The notes below the pieces were generated by a model, which was not told the origin of the DNA, made no database searches, and saw only the letters and a list, made by a program, of their open reading frames with translations. Of a stretch of DNA of 64,000 nt, positions 37,333 through 49,829 are shown piece after piece. This DNA is from Macrostomum hystrix. Its lineage: Eukaryota > Animalia > Platyhelminthes. Location of the stretch: contig CATNEN010000029.1 in NCBI GenBank assembly GCA_950097015.1, forward strand, positions 1,116,001-1,180,000, read 5' to 3'. The position numbers were made by a program, and so were the translations under genes. The first letter of the stretch is position 1; the number at the start of each line of letters is the position of its first letter.

Positions 37333-39117
37333 ATGCTGCACATATATTTACCAGCTTCTCGACTTTTAAGTGTAAGGCATAACTTGATAAATGCCAAATG
37401 CAATTAGTTTGTTGAAAAATTAATTACTTTAAATATTTTTCCAGCTCAGATGCAAGTCTTATTGCCTGAGAGCATTGTTGGTTGCTGTCGGCATTGTGAT
37501 CCTGATCTCCGTCAGACGAATAGACCGATCGACATTCGTTCAGCGCATAGTTTACAGCATGAGATCAACAGCGAGCGATGCCCGGCGCCTGCCAGCCCTA
37601 CCCACTGTCGAGTTCTACATTCAAGCTTTGAATTCAGCGACTACTATGCGAAATGACTCGTTTGATCCGCAGATTGACACCAAGGAACTGAAGATTATGC
37701 TCAACCTGCTCTGGACATTTTTAGACCTGTGCGACCAGCGAGGAATTCAGGCCATGCTCTACGGAGGCACATTGCTAGGATCTTATCGGCATCACGGCTT
37801 CATGCCGTGGGATGATGATGTAGACCTGCTGCTGAAGGAGTCGGATCAAGACGCGCTGGAGAGGGCAATCAAGGAGACGTGAGGCTTTGATTATTGCCTT
37901 ATTCATTGTATAGACGAGATACTACAGATGCCATACAGAGGCCTATACTACTACAGATGCAATATATAGCATAAATTTCTGTGTGTTATTGGTGCCACCT
38001 CACGGACCTCACAATGTGCTACTGATGTTACCTTAAAAACTCACAGTGAGCTTAATTCAGATTTCACATTAAAAACCTCACAATGGGCTGATAATTTAAT
38101 CTCCAATAACTGACAGTGCTAATAAAATCACTTCACAGAACTGAGTCGCTGCTTAACTGACTTTCCAGAGTTTACAAACAACTCACAGGCAATTCACGTT
38201 AGTTAATAATAATAATAATAATAATTGCAGGAGGGCTGCAGGCAATGGCACATCATTTGGTGACACTAGACCCGCAGCCAGCGAGAGGGCGAGTCTGCCC
38301 ATTTCGCTGACTCCTGAGCACACACGCACACAGTTGTCACTGCAAGCAGTTGTCACTGCAGGCAGTTGTCACTGCAGGCAGTTGTCACTGCAGGCAGTCG
38401 TCACGCAGTCAGTTGTCTCGCAGTCAATTGTGCGCAGGCAATTGTCGTAGAACCCTATAATCAACCCATTTCGTTTAAACCTATAAATTAGACACAGTTT
38501 ATTTGATCGAATGAATTAACAGCACAATGATGCCTGAAGCTCTCGTAGCTTTGCAACCCGCGCACTCGCACAGGTATCCCGAGCTTCAACTGGCGAAATA
38601 CGGTCGCTGGAAGGTGTGGAATAGAACGGCCTGCATAGCCCGGCCAACAAAATGGGGCTGGCCTTACCTGGATTTATCGTTCTACAGAAGTGCAGGAGAC
38701 GCGTGGATTGTGGACACGGTGCCAGCCTACGGCTACAACTACAGCTATCCGAAGCGCTACACATTTCCCACGCATAAGCGTCCATTCATGGGCCACTGGG
38801 TGGACGCGCCTAGAGATGCCCTGCGGTTTCTCGGCTATGACAAGAATCCCACAGGGAAGTGCATCAGCCTGTACTACTCGCACAAGTACGAGAGCGTTCC
38901 GAAAGCGAAAGTTAGCGCTATCGACTGCGCCGACCTATCAGCCAGCTATCCGTTTGTCATTCGGGTACCGAATGTGGCAGAAAACGTCGCCGGTGGCAGC
39001 GCGATCTTGGAAGCGCTGCGCTTTCATGGCGGCCGGCCAGTCTACACGGTACCAGTTGACGAACCAGTGGAATCCTTCAACATTGACTTCACCATTGTGC
39101 CTTTCGAAAATAATTAG
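37333..39117 (+). CDS. LicD/fukutin-family nucleotidyltransferase-fold type II membrane protein, ~355 aa
   Basis: Exons 37445-37878 and 38523-39117 are solid (phase 2, GT-AG); putative first exon 37333-37371 (ATG...AGT|GTAAGG) is tentative. N-terminal TM ALLVAVGIVILISV; LicD motifs GGTLLGSYRHHGFMPWDDDVDL, WPYLDL, FPTHKRPFMG..VDAPRD. Confidence 0.85.
38205..38335 (-). mobile_element. 3' fragment of SINE family A with (ATT)n tail
   Basis: (AAT)n followed by TGCAGGAGGGCTGCAGGCAATGGCAC on the plus strand. Confidence 0.8.
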
Positions 39118-39149
39118 GCTGCTCATTGCATTGCGGGAACACTCCTCTA

Positions 39150-39710
39150 TTATTGATACCGCTCCTGATCACAGCTCACAATCGATACCGCTCCTGATCA
39201 CAGCTCACAATTGATACCGCTCCTGATCACAGCTCACAATCGATACCGCTCCTGATCACAGCTCACAATTGATACCGCTCCTGATCACAGCTCACAATCG
39301 ATACCGCTCCTGATCACAGCTCACAATTGGTACCGCTCCTGATCACAGCTCACAATTGATACCGCTCCTGATCACAGCTCACAATTGGTACCGCTCCTGA
39401 TCACAGCTCACAATTGATACCGCTCCTGATCACAGCTCACAATCGATGCCACTCCTGATCCCAGCTCACAATCGATACCGCTCCTGATCACAGCTCACAA
39501 TCGATGCCACTCCTGATCCCAGCTCACAATCGATACCGCTCCTGATCCCAGCTCACAATCGATGCCACTCCTGATCCCAGCTCACAATCGATGCCACTCC
39601 TGATCACAGCTCACAATCGATGCCACTCCTGATCCCAGCTCACAATCGATGCCACTCCTGATCACAGCTCACAATCGATGCCACTCCTGATCCCAGCTCA
39701 CAATCGATAT
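39150..39710. repeat. 29-bp minisatellite
   Basis: Unit GATACCGCTCCTGATCACAGCTCACAATT. Confidence 0.95.
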
Positions 39711-40095
39711 TACAATACCACAGCTTATTACACAAATTTTGTCGATATTACACAGCTCATAATTAATGTTACTGTTTTTAATGATTATGTTTTATGTTTT
39801 ATTGTTATATTCATATATTTAATCGTTAGGTTTAGCAATTAGTTCTGTAATTGTTTCAGCTTTCTTATTATTAGAACCAAAAATAGTTTTTTGTTAATTG
39901 ACCTGGAATTTGTAAAACTTTAAAACCATTGCGTTAAAAATAAGTCAATATATGCACTTAATCAAATATTTGTCTTTTATGCGGAAGAAAAGTCTTTAAT
40001 AAATTCCAAGAAACTTAATAAATCAGCTAAAGCAAATCTGAAATACGATCTGAAGCTATTATAAAATGACAGATATTGTGTTACTTCGTTAATTT

Positions 40096-40731
40096 TCATG
40101 AGTAGTTGTGCTCATAGTCGCAGCTATAATCCTGATTAATGAAAGCGATTCGATACAGAACCGGTTTAGTTCCGTCGATGCCGCGACAGATCTCCTTGTC
40201 GGTCAGTTCCAACGGTTGTCCATCAACGCCCTTCAGCTGACGCAGCACCGGCCGCAACCGGCTGCGCTGCACACAGCGGCCCAAAGCGGCCTTCTGCACC
40301 GCGCTCTTTTTGTCAATCTTGACGTAGTCGAAGAGAGACTCCTGATTGGTGCACAAGCAGCGCTGGTGAACTATGAGCGCAGGCTCTCGGCTCATTGTTG
40401 GGTCTATGGAAGCGTCCATAACTACCGGGCAGAATTGGTTTTTTACCCTTCTATTTTTTAATTCGTTGCTTTGCAAATGTTCGCAGCCGCTTTGATTTTT
40501 GGCCGGAACTGTTCCGGCAATGAGGTATTTCCAGGCGTCGCTAGAATTCAGGTAATTCTGAATTATTCCGGGAACTAGGCTAGCCTTCGCTTTGTTGTAG
40601 CATAGCACCATCACATCGTCCTGTGGCAGAGCTGTTAGCAGGGCGGCAGCGCTGGTGGCAGCACAGAGGGCCGACAGAACTAGCAAAGCGCCCGTGTGTT
40701 GAACGACTGAAGGCAATGGTTCAGGAGTGGC
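40096..40731 (-). CDS. secreted cystine-knot protein, IL-17-like; start codon not in this exon
   Basis: Open frame from the acceptor at 40732 to TGA at 40096. Hydrophobic signal ALLVLSALCAATSAAA; IL-17-like blocks FCP..D..DP...P..I...RCLC, C.Q...PVLR, Y.......CDY. The ORF-track start at 40716 is TTG, not ATG. Confidence 0.65.
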   Translation of the reverse strand, partial: ATPEPLPSVVQHTGALLVLSALCAATSAAALLTALPQDDVMVLCYNKAKASLVPGIIQNYLNSSDAWKYLIAGTVPAKNQSGCEHLQSNELKNRRVKNQFCPVVMDASIDPTMSREPALIVHQRCLCTNQESLFDYVKIDKKSAVQKAALGRCVQRSRLRPVLRQLKGVDGQPLELTDKEICRGIDGTKPVLYRIAFINQDYSCDYEHNYS

Positions 40732-41270
40732 CTAACAATGGATGCTCCTGTCTAACAATGGATGCTCCTGTCTAACAGTGGATGCTCCTGTCTAACAATG
40801 GATGCTCCTGTCTAACAGTGGATGCTCCTGTCTAACAATGGATGCTCCTGTCTAACAATGGACGCTCCTGTCTAACAATGGACGCTCCTGTCTAACAATG
40901 GATGCTCCTGTCTAACAATGGATGCTCCTGTCTAACAGTGGATGCTTCTGTCTAACAGTGGATGCTCCTGTCTAACAATGGATGCTCCTGTCTAACAATG
41001 GATACTCCTGTCTAACAGTGGATGCTTCTGTCTAACAGTGGATGCTCCTGTCTAACAATGGATGCTCCTGTCTAACAGTGGATGCTTCTGTCTAACAGTG
41101 GATGCTCCTGTCTAACAATGGATGCTCCTGTCTAACAATGGATGCTCCTGTCTAACAGTGGATGCTTCTGTCTAACAGTGGATGCTCCTGTCTAACAATG
41201 GATGCTCCTGTCTAACAATGGATGCTCCTGTCTAACAATGGATGCTGCTGTCTGACAATGGACGCTTCTA
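40732..41270. repeat. 20-bp minisatellite directly upstream of the IL-17-like exon
   Basis: Unit CTAACAATGGATGCTCCTGT. Confidence 0.95.
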
Positions 41271-43570
41271 TCGAAGAATGTGCCGGCTTAAGTAGAAAAT
41301 ACAAATAATTTGGCTTGTTTGCGCATGTACTGACCTTGTCTTCCTGGCTTCATTTTGCTGAACAAAGGAGTTCGGGTTGCTAAAGAATCAAGAGAAGGGC
41401 TTGAAAATGATATTTTGTTTGTTTTATCCTCGAACAGCTTGAAAGCGAACAGGCACAGGTGGATTCGATTATATAACAGCAAGCTAATCTGTTCGAGCCC
41501 GCGTACTGGAATATGATTGCGAATGACTCAATTATCTCGAACTTGCTATTTCAAGTGAATCTGAAAGTAATTTATCGCCTGGCTATATTTATAGTTTGGA
41601 TGGAAGAAACAAAAAACTGCCTTCCATTGGACTTTGAGATGAATTCAGTTTACTTGGTATTCGTCAATGAGAGACCCACCTCACCAATATAACAACCTTT
41701 TTCGTATGACTAAGTTTTTTGCTTTTATCATCGACCAAAATGACCAGCTACAAATCTGCACGTATTTAAAGATTTGAATCAGCAGCCGACTAGGCTAATT
41801 GTGATAAAAAGATAGAGAACTATAAATATATAAATTGGAGAGGCCGCCCACTACTGACGCGGCCGTTGTTGCTAATAAACAATTCCTGTGTGTGGTCTGG
41901 TCCACCTAGTTGTCCCGATTTGCGTTCGGTTTTTTTATTTCTTGCTTGTTCTCGAGCGATCGATCTCTGATTTTTACTTACTCAAGTTATCAGTAAATAC
42001 TAGCTGCATCGCGTCATTTTGTTGAAAGCACAAAGCTTTTACTCGTTGTTTGTAAATAGGTTTTCATTAGTAGAACTACCATGGGGGTTTCGTCCCCTAA
42101 AAAATATTTTTGCTGCACCCAAACGGATCAGCAATTCGCGAGTACACGAAACTCAAGAACACGGGCTAACGTGTTGTTTCGCATCTTCTGAAAAAATAAT
42201 CAATTCGCCAGCACTTCGACAGACCGTCACACATTTCATACATGTACACGCACATGAGAGTTAGCTTGAGTCAAGAAGCCTTCTTTGTTCTCATCGTATT
42301 TCGGATCGATCAAGCATGCATATAATTGTATAGAAAGAGAATAATTTTCAATTCCTTGGCTGATATGCATTTCACTATAGTTATTAATGCTTCTTTTATA
42401 TGGACCATCTGGAGAAAAGGGACTTAAATCACAACTCTAATAATTCTTTGTAACAGAGAAATAATCCAAAGGAAAACATTTGTTGAGCAAAAGCTTAAAA
42501 AGCCTGAAGTATTCACACATATATTAAAAATGAAGGGAACAATCAAGTCGTATGAAAATTAATGTACTTTAAAAAACGCATAAAAATTTGGAATTTAGCG
42601 CGATACTATCCGAATATAATTTTATCTTTGATTATAGTATGTAGAATAAATTTACAGCAATATATACAACCTGGTTATATATTTTCGATCTGATCTTAGA
42701 ATTGAAGTTCACTTTAAAGTTTACTCTAGCAGGAGAATAGGGTCAAGAAGCGCAAGAGCAAAAAACTTGCAGTTGCTATAAACTAATTTCTTACTGTTTA
42801 GATTTCATTTTTACCCGATTAGCAATATTACATCAGACAGGCATTCAAACTAAAATATGTGTACTGCTTCACATCGATCACATGGATCCATGATTCAAAA
42901 GAATGCAGCAAGCTTTGTAATTGTTTAATTTACCGTTACATATTAAAACAATTATTATCAATTTAAGTGCCAGAAATCAATGCAAACATATAAAAAATCG
43001 TTTTAAGATTTATATATACTCATTATAATCATTTTTGCAGTTCAAAAAAGGTAATTTCACTTAGTTTTTGTTGCTCGCATTTAAACAGTTGTAACGCAAC
43101 AGTTGTTGAACCTCTAGAATCAGTTTATAAAATAGCATAGGGCCTAGTAGCAAACGCAGTGAAAATTCGGCAGTATTCGTTGAATTTGTTGTTCTGTCAA
43201 AAATTATAAGGGTTGTCTTACGTAATAGCCTCTTATTATTCTCAACTCGTCGTTGGGAGAGGGTGTTTTATTTCTTTAAATCTTATCTCTCTGCTCTTTA
43301 ATATAGCTAGCTATTAAACCCACGCCACACTACACATAGCGTCATAAGCATACAACATACAACTTTCTTAGAAGTATCCTACATTATTATAATATTCGGC
43401 GATTCGCTACTTACTTCAAAATAAAGTTCTGGAACCTATATCGTTGTTAAAAGCGACGAGGCTCTGAATCCAAACATATAATTATTTTTGACTGTTTTCT
43501 TCTACCTGACTGATAACAGCGATCGAGCTAGCATTCTAAATATAGGCTTATTCAGATTCGGACACCTAAG

Positions 43571-46500
43571 ATGCCACCAAAGGTACAAAAAAATGAGCCA
43601 TCGAAGAAGACAATGGAGAAGCAAAAGCAGAAAGTCATTGAGGTAATTTTATATTATTTCTGCTGTATTCTAACAGTTTTTAGTATTCATGTCACTTGGT
43701 TATGTTGCTGTCTGTAGTCTATAGTATACATCTAGCTATGATTAAATATAGCTATGGCTTAAATTTTCTTATTGTAAACATGCTTTGCAATTAAAAGACT
43801 AGTTACACATTTATTGCAATAGCTTCAATATAAATTCCTCATATTATAAGAATTTAGCCAGTGACTGAAATGTTTAAACTATTTATGTATGTTTAGCTTA
43901 GTTAGGCCAGGAATACAATATATTAATTACAATTGGCTTTTTATTTCTGGTTGTCAAAAGTTGATAATAACCTTATTATCAGGGACACAGATAACCTTAT
44001 TATCAGGATACATATGGCTAATTGTTGAAAATCATATAGTTGGCTATGAAACTTTAGTTTAGAGAAAAAAGTAGAGAAATTCCAACTATAAACAGTGCTT
44101 TTGTTTTTTAATATTGATAGATAAATCTTATATTGCTGGAAAGAGCTTGAAGTACTAATTACTGGAATATAAATATTGGTTTTTAACTCTGAAATTTGAG
44201 GATGCTAAGGCAGACAAAAGGTTTTTATCTAATGTTTTTTAACAGTATAAAGTGCCTCTGCAAGACTGCTAGAGTGTATGGGGGTGGAGGTTGTTGGTAG
44301 TCAGTCTAGACAGAGGGTCTGATTTTGTTAATTAAGAAAATGAGTGCTCACTGGGTGGAAAAGAAGTAGGCTATTGGATTTTATTTATTGAAATTCATAT
44401 CCCAGACTGGGCAGAGAGTAATGTGCTGTTGTCTACTACTAAGGAGGGTCAGTTGATTAGATAAATGACAGTTTACACTAATGTGGTGGAGGGGAGGCGA
44501 GCTGTTCAAAATTAATTTATTTACACTTGCATCTCTGCCTGGGTGGAGAGAGTAATGTGCTTACAAATAGGGCTAGCCTTGAGAATCATTGTCCTCCAAT
44601 GGAATCCATTGAGTTCACCTGATCTAAAGGTCATGGGTGTCTCTTAGCATTGTTTGAGTATAATTTGTGGAATTCAGGCGATGAGAGTTTTATCCCTCAA
44701 CCTCCTCCAAAGGAGGAGTTCCGCTCGTTACTTTCTAATGACCGCCTCACTAGCTAAGGTTTTTCCACACTTCAGGCTTTTAAAGTTGGAATATTGAGTT
44801 TCAAATCTTTGCAGCTACTTTATTTGCTAATCTTTTAAATTTTCCACTAGGACAAAACTTTTGGCTTGAAGAACAAGAAGGGCGCCAAGCAGCAGAAGTT
44901 TGTACAACAGGTGTCCAAACAGGTGACTTTTGGCAACAAGAGTGCAAGAGAGGTCGAGATCGCCAAACTCGAGAAGGAGACTAAAAAAGAAGAGAAGAAA
45001 AAGCAGGCTGCCGAGTTAAACGCCCTTTTCAAACCAGTGGCGGAGCTGCAGAAGGTGGCCCAGGGTGTCGACCCGAAGTCTGTTCTGTGCCAGTTTTTTA
45101 AACAGGGCCAATGCACTAAAGGCGACCGTTGCAAATTCTCGCACGATCTGACAATCGCTCGCAAAACAGAGAAACGTTCAATCTATTCTGGCGAAGGCGG
45201 CAGCGAGGCCGCCGACGGTGGCCAAGAGTCCATGGAGAACTGGAGCCAGCAGCAGTTGGAGGAGGTTGTCAACAAGAAGCACGGTGACTCTGAGCGCAGC
45301 CTGCCGCCTACCACCATTATTTGCAAGTACTTCCTAGACGCTGTGGAGGACAATAAGTACGGCTGGTTCTGGAGCTGTCCAAACGGAGAGAAATGCCACT
45401 ACAGGTGAGTTTATCTGGCTTAGAAATTGCAGCGTTTTACAAGAAAGTTATTTAATTAAAGAAGAAAATTTTTGCTCCGGAAAAAGATGGACGTAAAATA
45501 AACTCTAAAATTGTAAGTTACTTGAGATTTATCGTTCTGTCTGGATTAAAAAAGTAGTCCAAGAAAATATTTGATGTTTCTATTTAATAATATTTTCTAT
45601 ATTAGAATTGGTGTTTTTTAATTAGAATTAGTGTTTAGTGCTTGATTAGAAAGTCTTTTTTCTTCGAGTTTCTACCCAGCAAGTGAGGTTTCTACCCAGC
45701 AAGTGAGGTTTCTACCCAGCAAGTGAGGTTTATACCCAGCAAGTGAGGTTTCTACCAAGCAAGTGAGGTTTCTATCCAGCAAGTGAGGCTTCTACCAAGC
45801 AAGTGAGGTTTCTACCCAGCAAGTGGGGTTCTTATCCAGCAAGTGGGGTTCTTATCCAGCAAGTGGGGTTCTTATCCAGCAAGTGGGGTTCTTATCCAGC
45901 TAGTGGGGTTCTTATCCAGCTAGTGGGGTTCTTATCCAGCTAGTGGGGTTCTTATCCAGCTAGTGGGGTTCTTATCCAGCTAGTGGGATTCTTATCCAGC
46001 AAGTGGGGTTCTTATCCAGCAAGTGGGGTTCTTATCCAGCTAGTGGGGTTCTTACCCAGCAAGTGAGGTTCTTACCCAGCAAGTGGGGTTCTTATCCAGC
46101 AAGTGAGGTGAGGTTTCTACCCAGCAAGTGAGGTTCCTACCCAGCAAGTGAGGTTTCTACCCAGCAAGTGGGGTTCTTATCCAGAAATTGGGGTTCCTTC
46201 CAGGAAAATAGGTTTGTGTAAGAAATAGGTTTCTAACACAAGGGGTCCAAATGCAGAAAGTTGTTTAAAACCTTAAATTTACTGGCACTGTTTGCAGAAA
46301 CCTAGGCACTTTATAAATCTCAATAACCAATAACCCGACTGCAGACACGCCCTACCGGCCGGCTTTGTGTTGAAGCGAGACAAAAAGAAGATGGACGAGC
46401 AGCGGGATCAGATTAGCCTGGAAGAGCTGATCGAGTCCGAGAGGGCGGCACTTGCCAGCCGCTCCGGCCAGACCCCAGTCACGCTGGCCAGCTTCCTAGC

Positions 46501-49061
46501 GTGGAAGCGGCGGAAGCGAGCGGAGCGCCTAGCCAAGGCCAGCGCCGACAAGGCCAAGCGTCAGGCCGAGGCCGCTGCCGGCCGAATTATCGGCATCAGC
46601 GGCCGAGAGATGTTTGAATTCAGGCCGGAGCTGAGGTTAGACGCCGACGATCAAGAAGATGAGGGCGGCGTCGCATGGGACTTTAAGCAGCGCGAAACAG
46701 AGGAGGATCCCGAGGGCGCAGGCGGTGGGATGCAGGTCCGTTGACGCTTCGCTGCGATTGAGTAGTGGCCTGCTTTGTCTTCTGAATTCCCGGTCTTTAA
46801 TCCCACACTGAGAATTTCCTCCCCCAGAATTTATAAGATTGAACAGTTCCTCCACATAAATCCTCAGGCTGAGCAGTTCCTCTCCCCACCTTCCTAAGAT
46901 TGAGCAGTTCCTCTCCCCACCTTCCTAAGATCCTCAAATTGAGCAGTTCTTCTCCCCAACTTCCTAAGATCCTCAAATTGAGCAGTTCTTCTCCCCACCT
47001 TCCCTTCCTAAGATCCTCAGATTGAGCAGTTCCTCTTTCCAACTCCTAGGATCCTCAGATTGAGCATTTCCTCTCCCCACCTTCCTAAGATACTTAGATT
47101 GAGCATTTCCTCTCCCCACCTTCCTAAGATACTTAGATTGAGCATTTCCTCTCCCCACCTTCCTAAGATACTCAGATTGAGCAGTTCCTCTCCCCACCTT
47201 CCTAAGATACTCAGATTGAGCATTTCCTCTCCCCACCTTCCTAAGATACTCAGATTGAGCATTTCCTCTCCCCACCTTCCTAAGATACTCAGATTGAGCA
47301 TTTCCTCTCCCCACCTTCCTAAGATACTCAGATTGAGCATTTCCTCTCCCCACCTTCCTAAGATACTCAGATTGAGCATTTCCTCTCCCCACCTTCCTAA
47401 GATACTCAGATTGAGCATTTCCTCTCCCCACCTTCCTAAGATACTCAGATTGAGCATTTCCTCTCCCCACCTTCCTAAGATACTCAGATTGAGCATTTCC
47501 TCTCCCCACCTTCCTAAGATACTTAGATTGAGCATTTCCTCTCCCCACCTTCCTAAGATACTCAGATTGAGCATTTCCTCTCCCCGCCTTCCTAAGATAC
47601 TTAGATTGAGCATTTCCTCTCCCCACCTTCCTAAGATACTTAGATTGAGCATTTCCTCTCCCCACCTTCCTAAGATACTCAGATTGAGCAGTTTCCTCTC
47701 CCCACCTTCCTAAGATACTCAGATTGAGCATTTCTTCTCCCCACCTTCCTAAGATACTCAGATTGAGCATTTCCTCTCCCCACCTTCCTAAGATACTTAG
47801 ATTGAGCATTTCCTCTCCCCACCTTCCTAAGATACTTAGATTGAGCATTTCCTCTCCCCACCTTCCTAAGATACTCAGATTGAGCAGTTCCTCTCCCCAC
47901 CTTCCTAAGATACTCAGATTGAGCAGTTTCCTCTCCCCACCTTCCTAAGATACTCAGATTGAGCAGTTTCCTCTCCCCACCTTCCTAAGATACTCAGATT
48001 GAGCATTTCCTCTCCCCACCTTCCTAAGATACTTAGATTGAGCAGTTTCCTCTCCCCACCTTCCTAAGATACTCAGATTGAGCAGTTTCCTCTCCCCACC
48101 TTCCTAAGATACTCAGATTGAGCAGTTTCCTCTCCCCACCTTCCTAAGATACTCAGATTGAGCATTTCTTCTCCCCACCTTCCTAAGATACTCAGATTGA
48201 GCATTTCCTCTCCCCACCTTCCTAAGATACTCAGATTGAGCAGTTTCCTCTCCCCACCTTCCTAAGATACTCAGATTGAGCAGTTTCCTCTCCCCACCTT
48301 CCTAAGATACTCAGATTGAGCATTTCCTCTCCCCACCTTCCTAAGATACTTAGATTGAGCATTTCCTCTCCCCACCTTCCTAAGATACTTAGATTGAGCA
48401 TTTCCTCTCCCCACCTTCCTAAGATACTCAGATTGAGCAGTTTCCTCTCCCCACCTTCCTAAGATACTCAGATTGAGCAGTTTCCTCTCCCCACCTTCCT
48501 AAGATACTCAGATTGAGCATTTCCTCTCCCCACCTTCCTAAGATACTTAGATTGAGCATTTCCTCTCCCCACCTTCCTAAGATACTTAGATTGAGCATTT
48601 CCTCTCCCCACCTTCCTAAGATACTTAGATTGAGCATTTCCTCTCCCCACCTTCCTAAGATACTCAGATTGAGCAGTTTCCCGAATTCCTGAGATCCTCA
48701 GATTGAGCAGTTCCCCGAATTCCTAAGATCCTCAGATTGAGCAGTTCCCCGAATTCCTGAGATGCTCAGATTGAGCAATTACCCTACCCGAATTCCTATC
48801 TTCGGTTTTCGAACTTCAGACTGATCACGCAAGTTTCATCTCGCTCGCAATCTGTAGGTGCGCGAAATTCGGCTGGAAGATTTCTACGAAGACGAGGAGG
48901 GCGAATCCGAGGCTGTCGGCGGTGCCGCCGCTTCCCCAGCCGGCGCAGTTGGCGGAGCGAACGGCTGCGTTGTCATCGACGAGAACCTATTCGCTGACGA
49001 GGATCTGGACGAGCTGGACAATATTGACAAAGAGTTGGACACATTGGAGCTGCAGGAATAG
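43571..49061 (+). CDS. ZC3H15: Zinc finger CCCH domain-containing protein 15 (DFRP1/Tma46), 406 aa
   Basis: Exons 43571-43642, 44851-45404, 46345-46735, 48858-49061; GT-AG with consistent phases. MPPK start, [17 protein letters not shown] fingers [19 protein letters not shown] and [33 protein letters not shown] region ISGREMFEF, acidic tail. Confidence 0.95.
45668..46200. repeat. 20-bp intronic minisatellite
   Basis: Unit CAGCAAGTGGGGTTCTTATC and variants. Confidence 0.9.
46850..48780. repeat. 39-40-bp intronic minisatellite
   Basis: Unit GATTGAGCATTTCCTCTCCCCACCTTCCTAAGATACTCA. Confidence 0.97.
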
Positions 49062-49829
49062 ATAATTGCATCGCCCTGATTTCCCTGTCTAGCTGACTGT
49101 TTGTTGAGTTCTTTACATCCCAATAGAGTCGCTTCCCTTTTCAATTGGAGATTATCAGCAGATCGCAAACTTTGGGCAGTCCATGTTTCAACTACGATTC
49201 TGCTTTTAGGGTTCCAATTCAGCTTTCTTCGGTAAATTGTTGTTTGCTTCAACTTGCATGTCTGGACTAACTGAGGGCCAACACTTGCTTCTGCTCTAAC
49301 ACACAGTTTAAGTCAGTGAAGATGATATTCTCTGGTTTCCTCTCTTGAGAAGTCGACGGTTAATTCTGGCAAAAAAATTATATATTTTTCCTAAAAGCCT
49401 AATTTATACTACTTGTGTCGGTAAGTAGCATCGTCTGTCATCCTTAGTAGAAAATTGCCAATTTATCTTGTTTGTCCTCTTTTGCTTACGTATTTTGTCT
49501 TTAGATTGATCGTCTACAGCAAAAAATCACTGTCGATGACGCTTCAGATAATGTCCGTGCCCTTTGTGACCTTGTCCTTTATTTTCCTCCTCCTATAGCT
49601 CCATTCACATATAAAAAATTATGCCTATTAAGCACTTGTGCATGATGTTCATAATGAATGATTATGCATTGTGCATACATATAAATTAATCACAATGCTC
49701 TGTCAATCAGGCTTGTGTCTGACTGATTAAGAAATTGATCGGGACTGGCTGATCTAAGGACTTAACAATGACTTATTTAAACGTCTCATTGAGTGTTTTT
49801 TTTACATTTAACATCGATTTTAGACCCCA

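Noticed and set aside
46973-48650. Long 13-aa-repeat ORFs on both strands
   Set aside because: Translation of a 39-bp minisatellite inside ZC3H15 intron 3.
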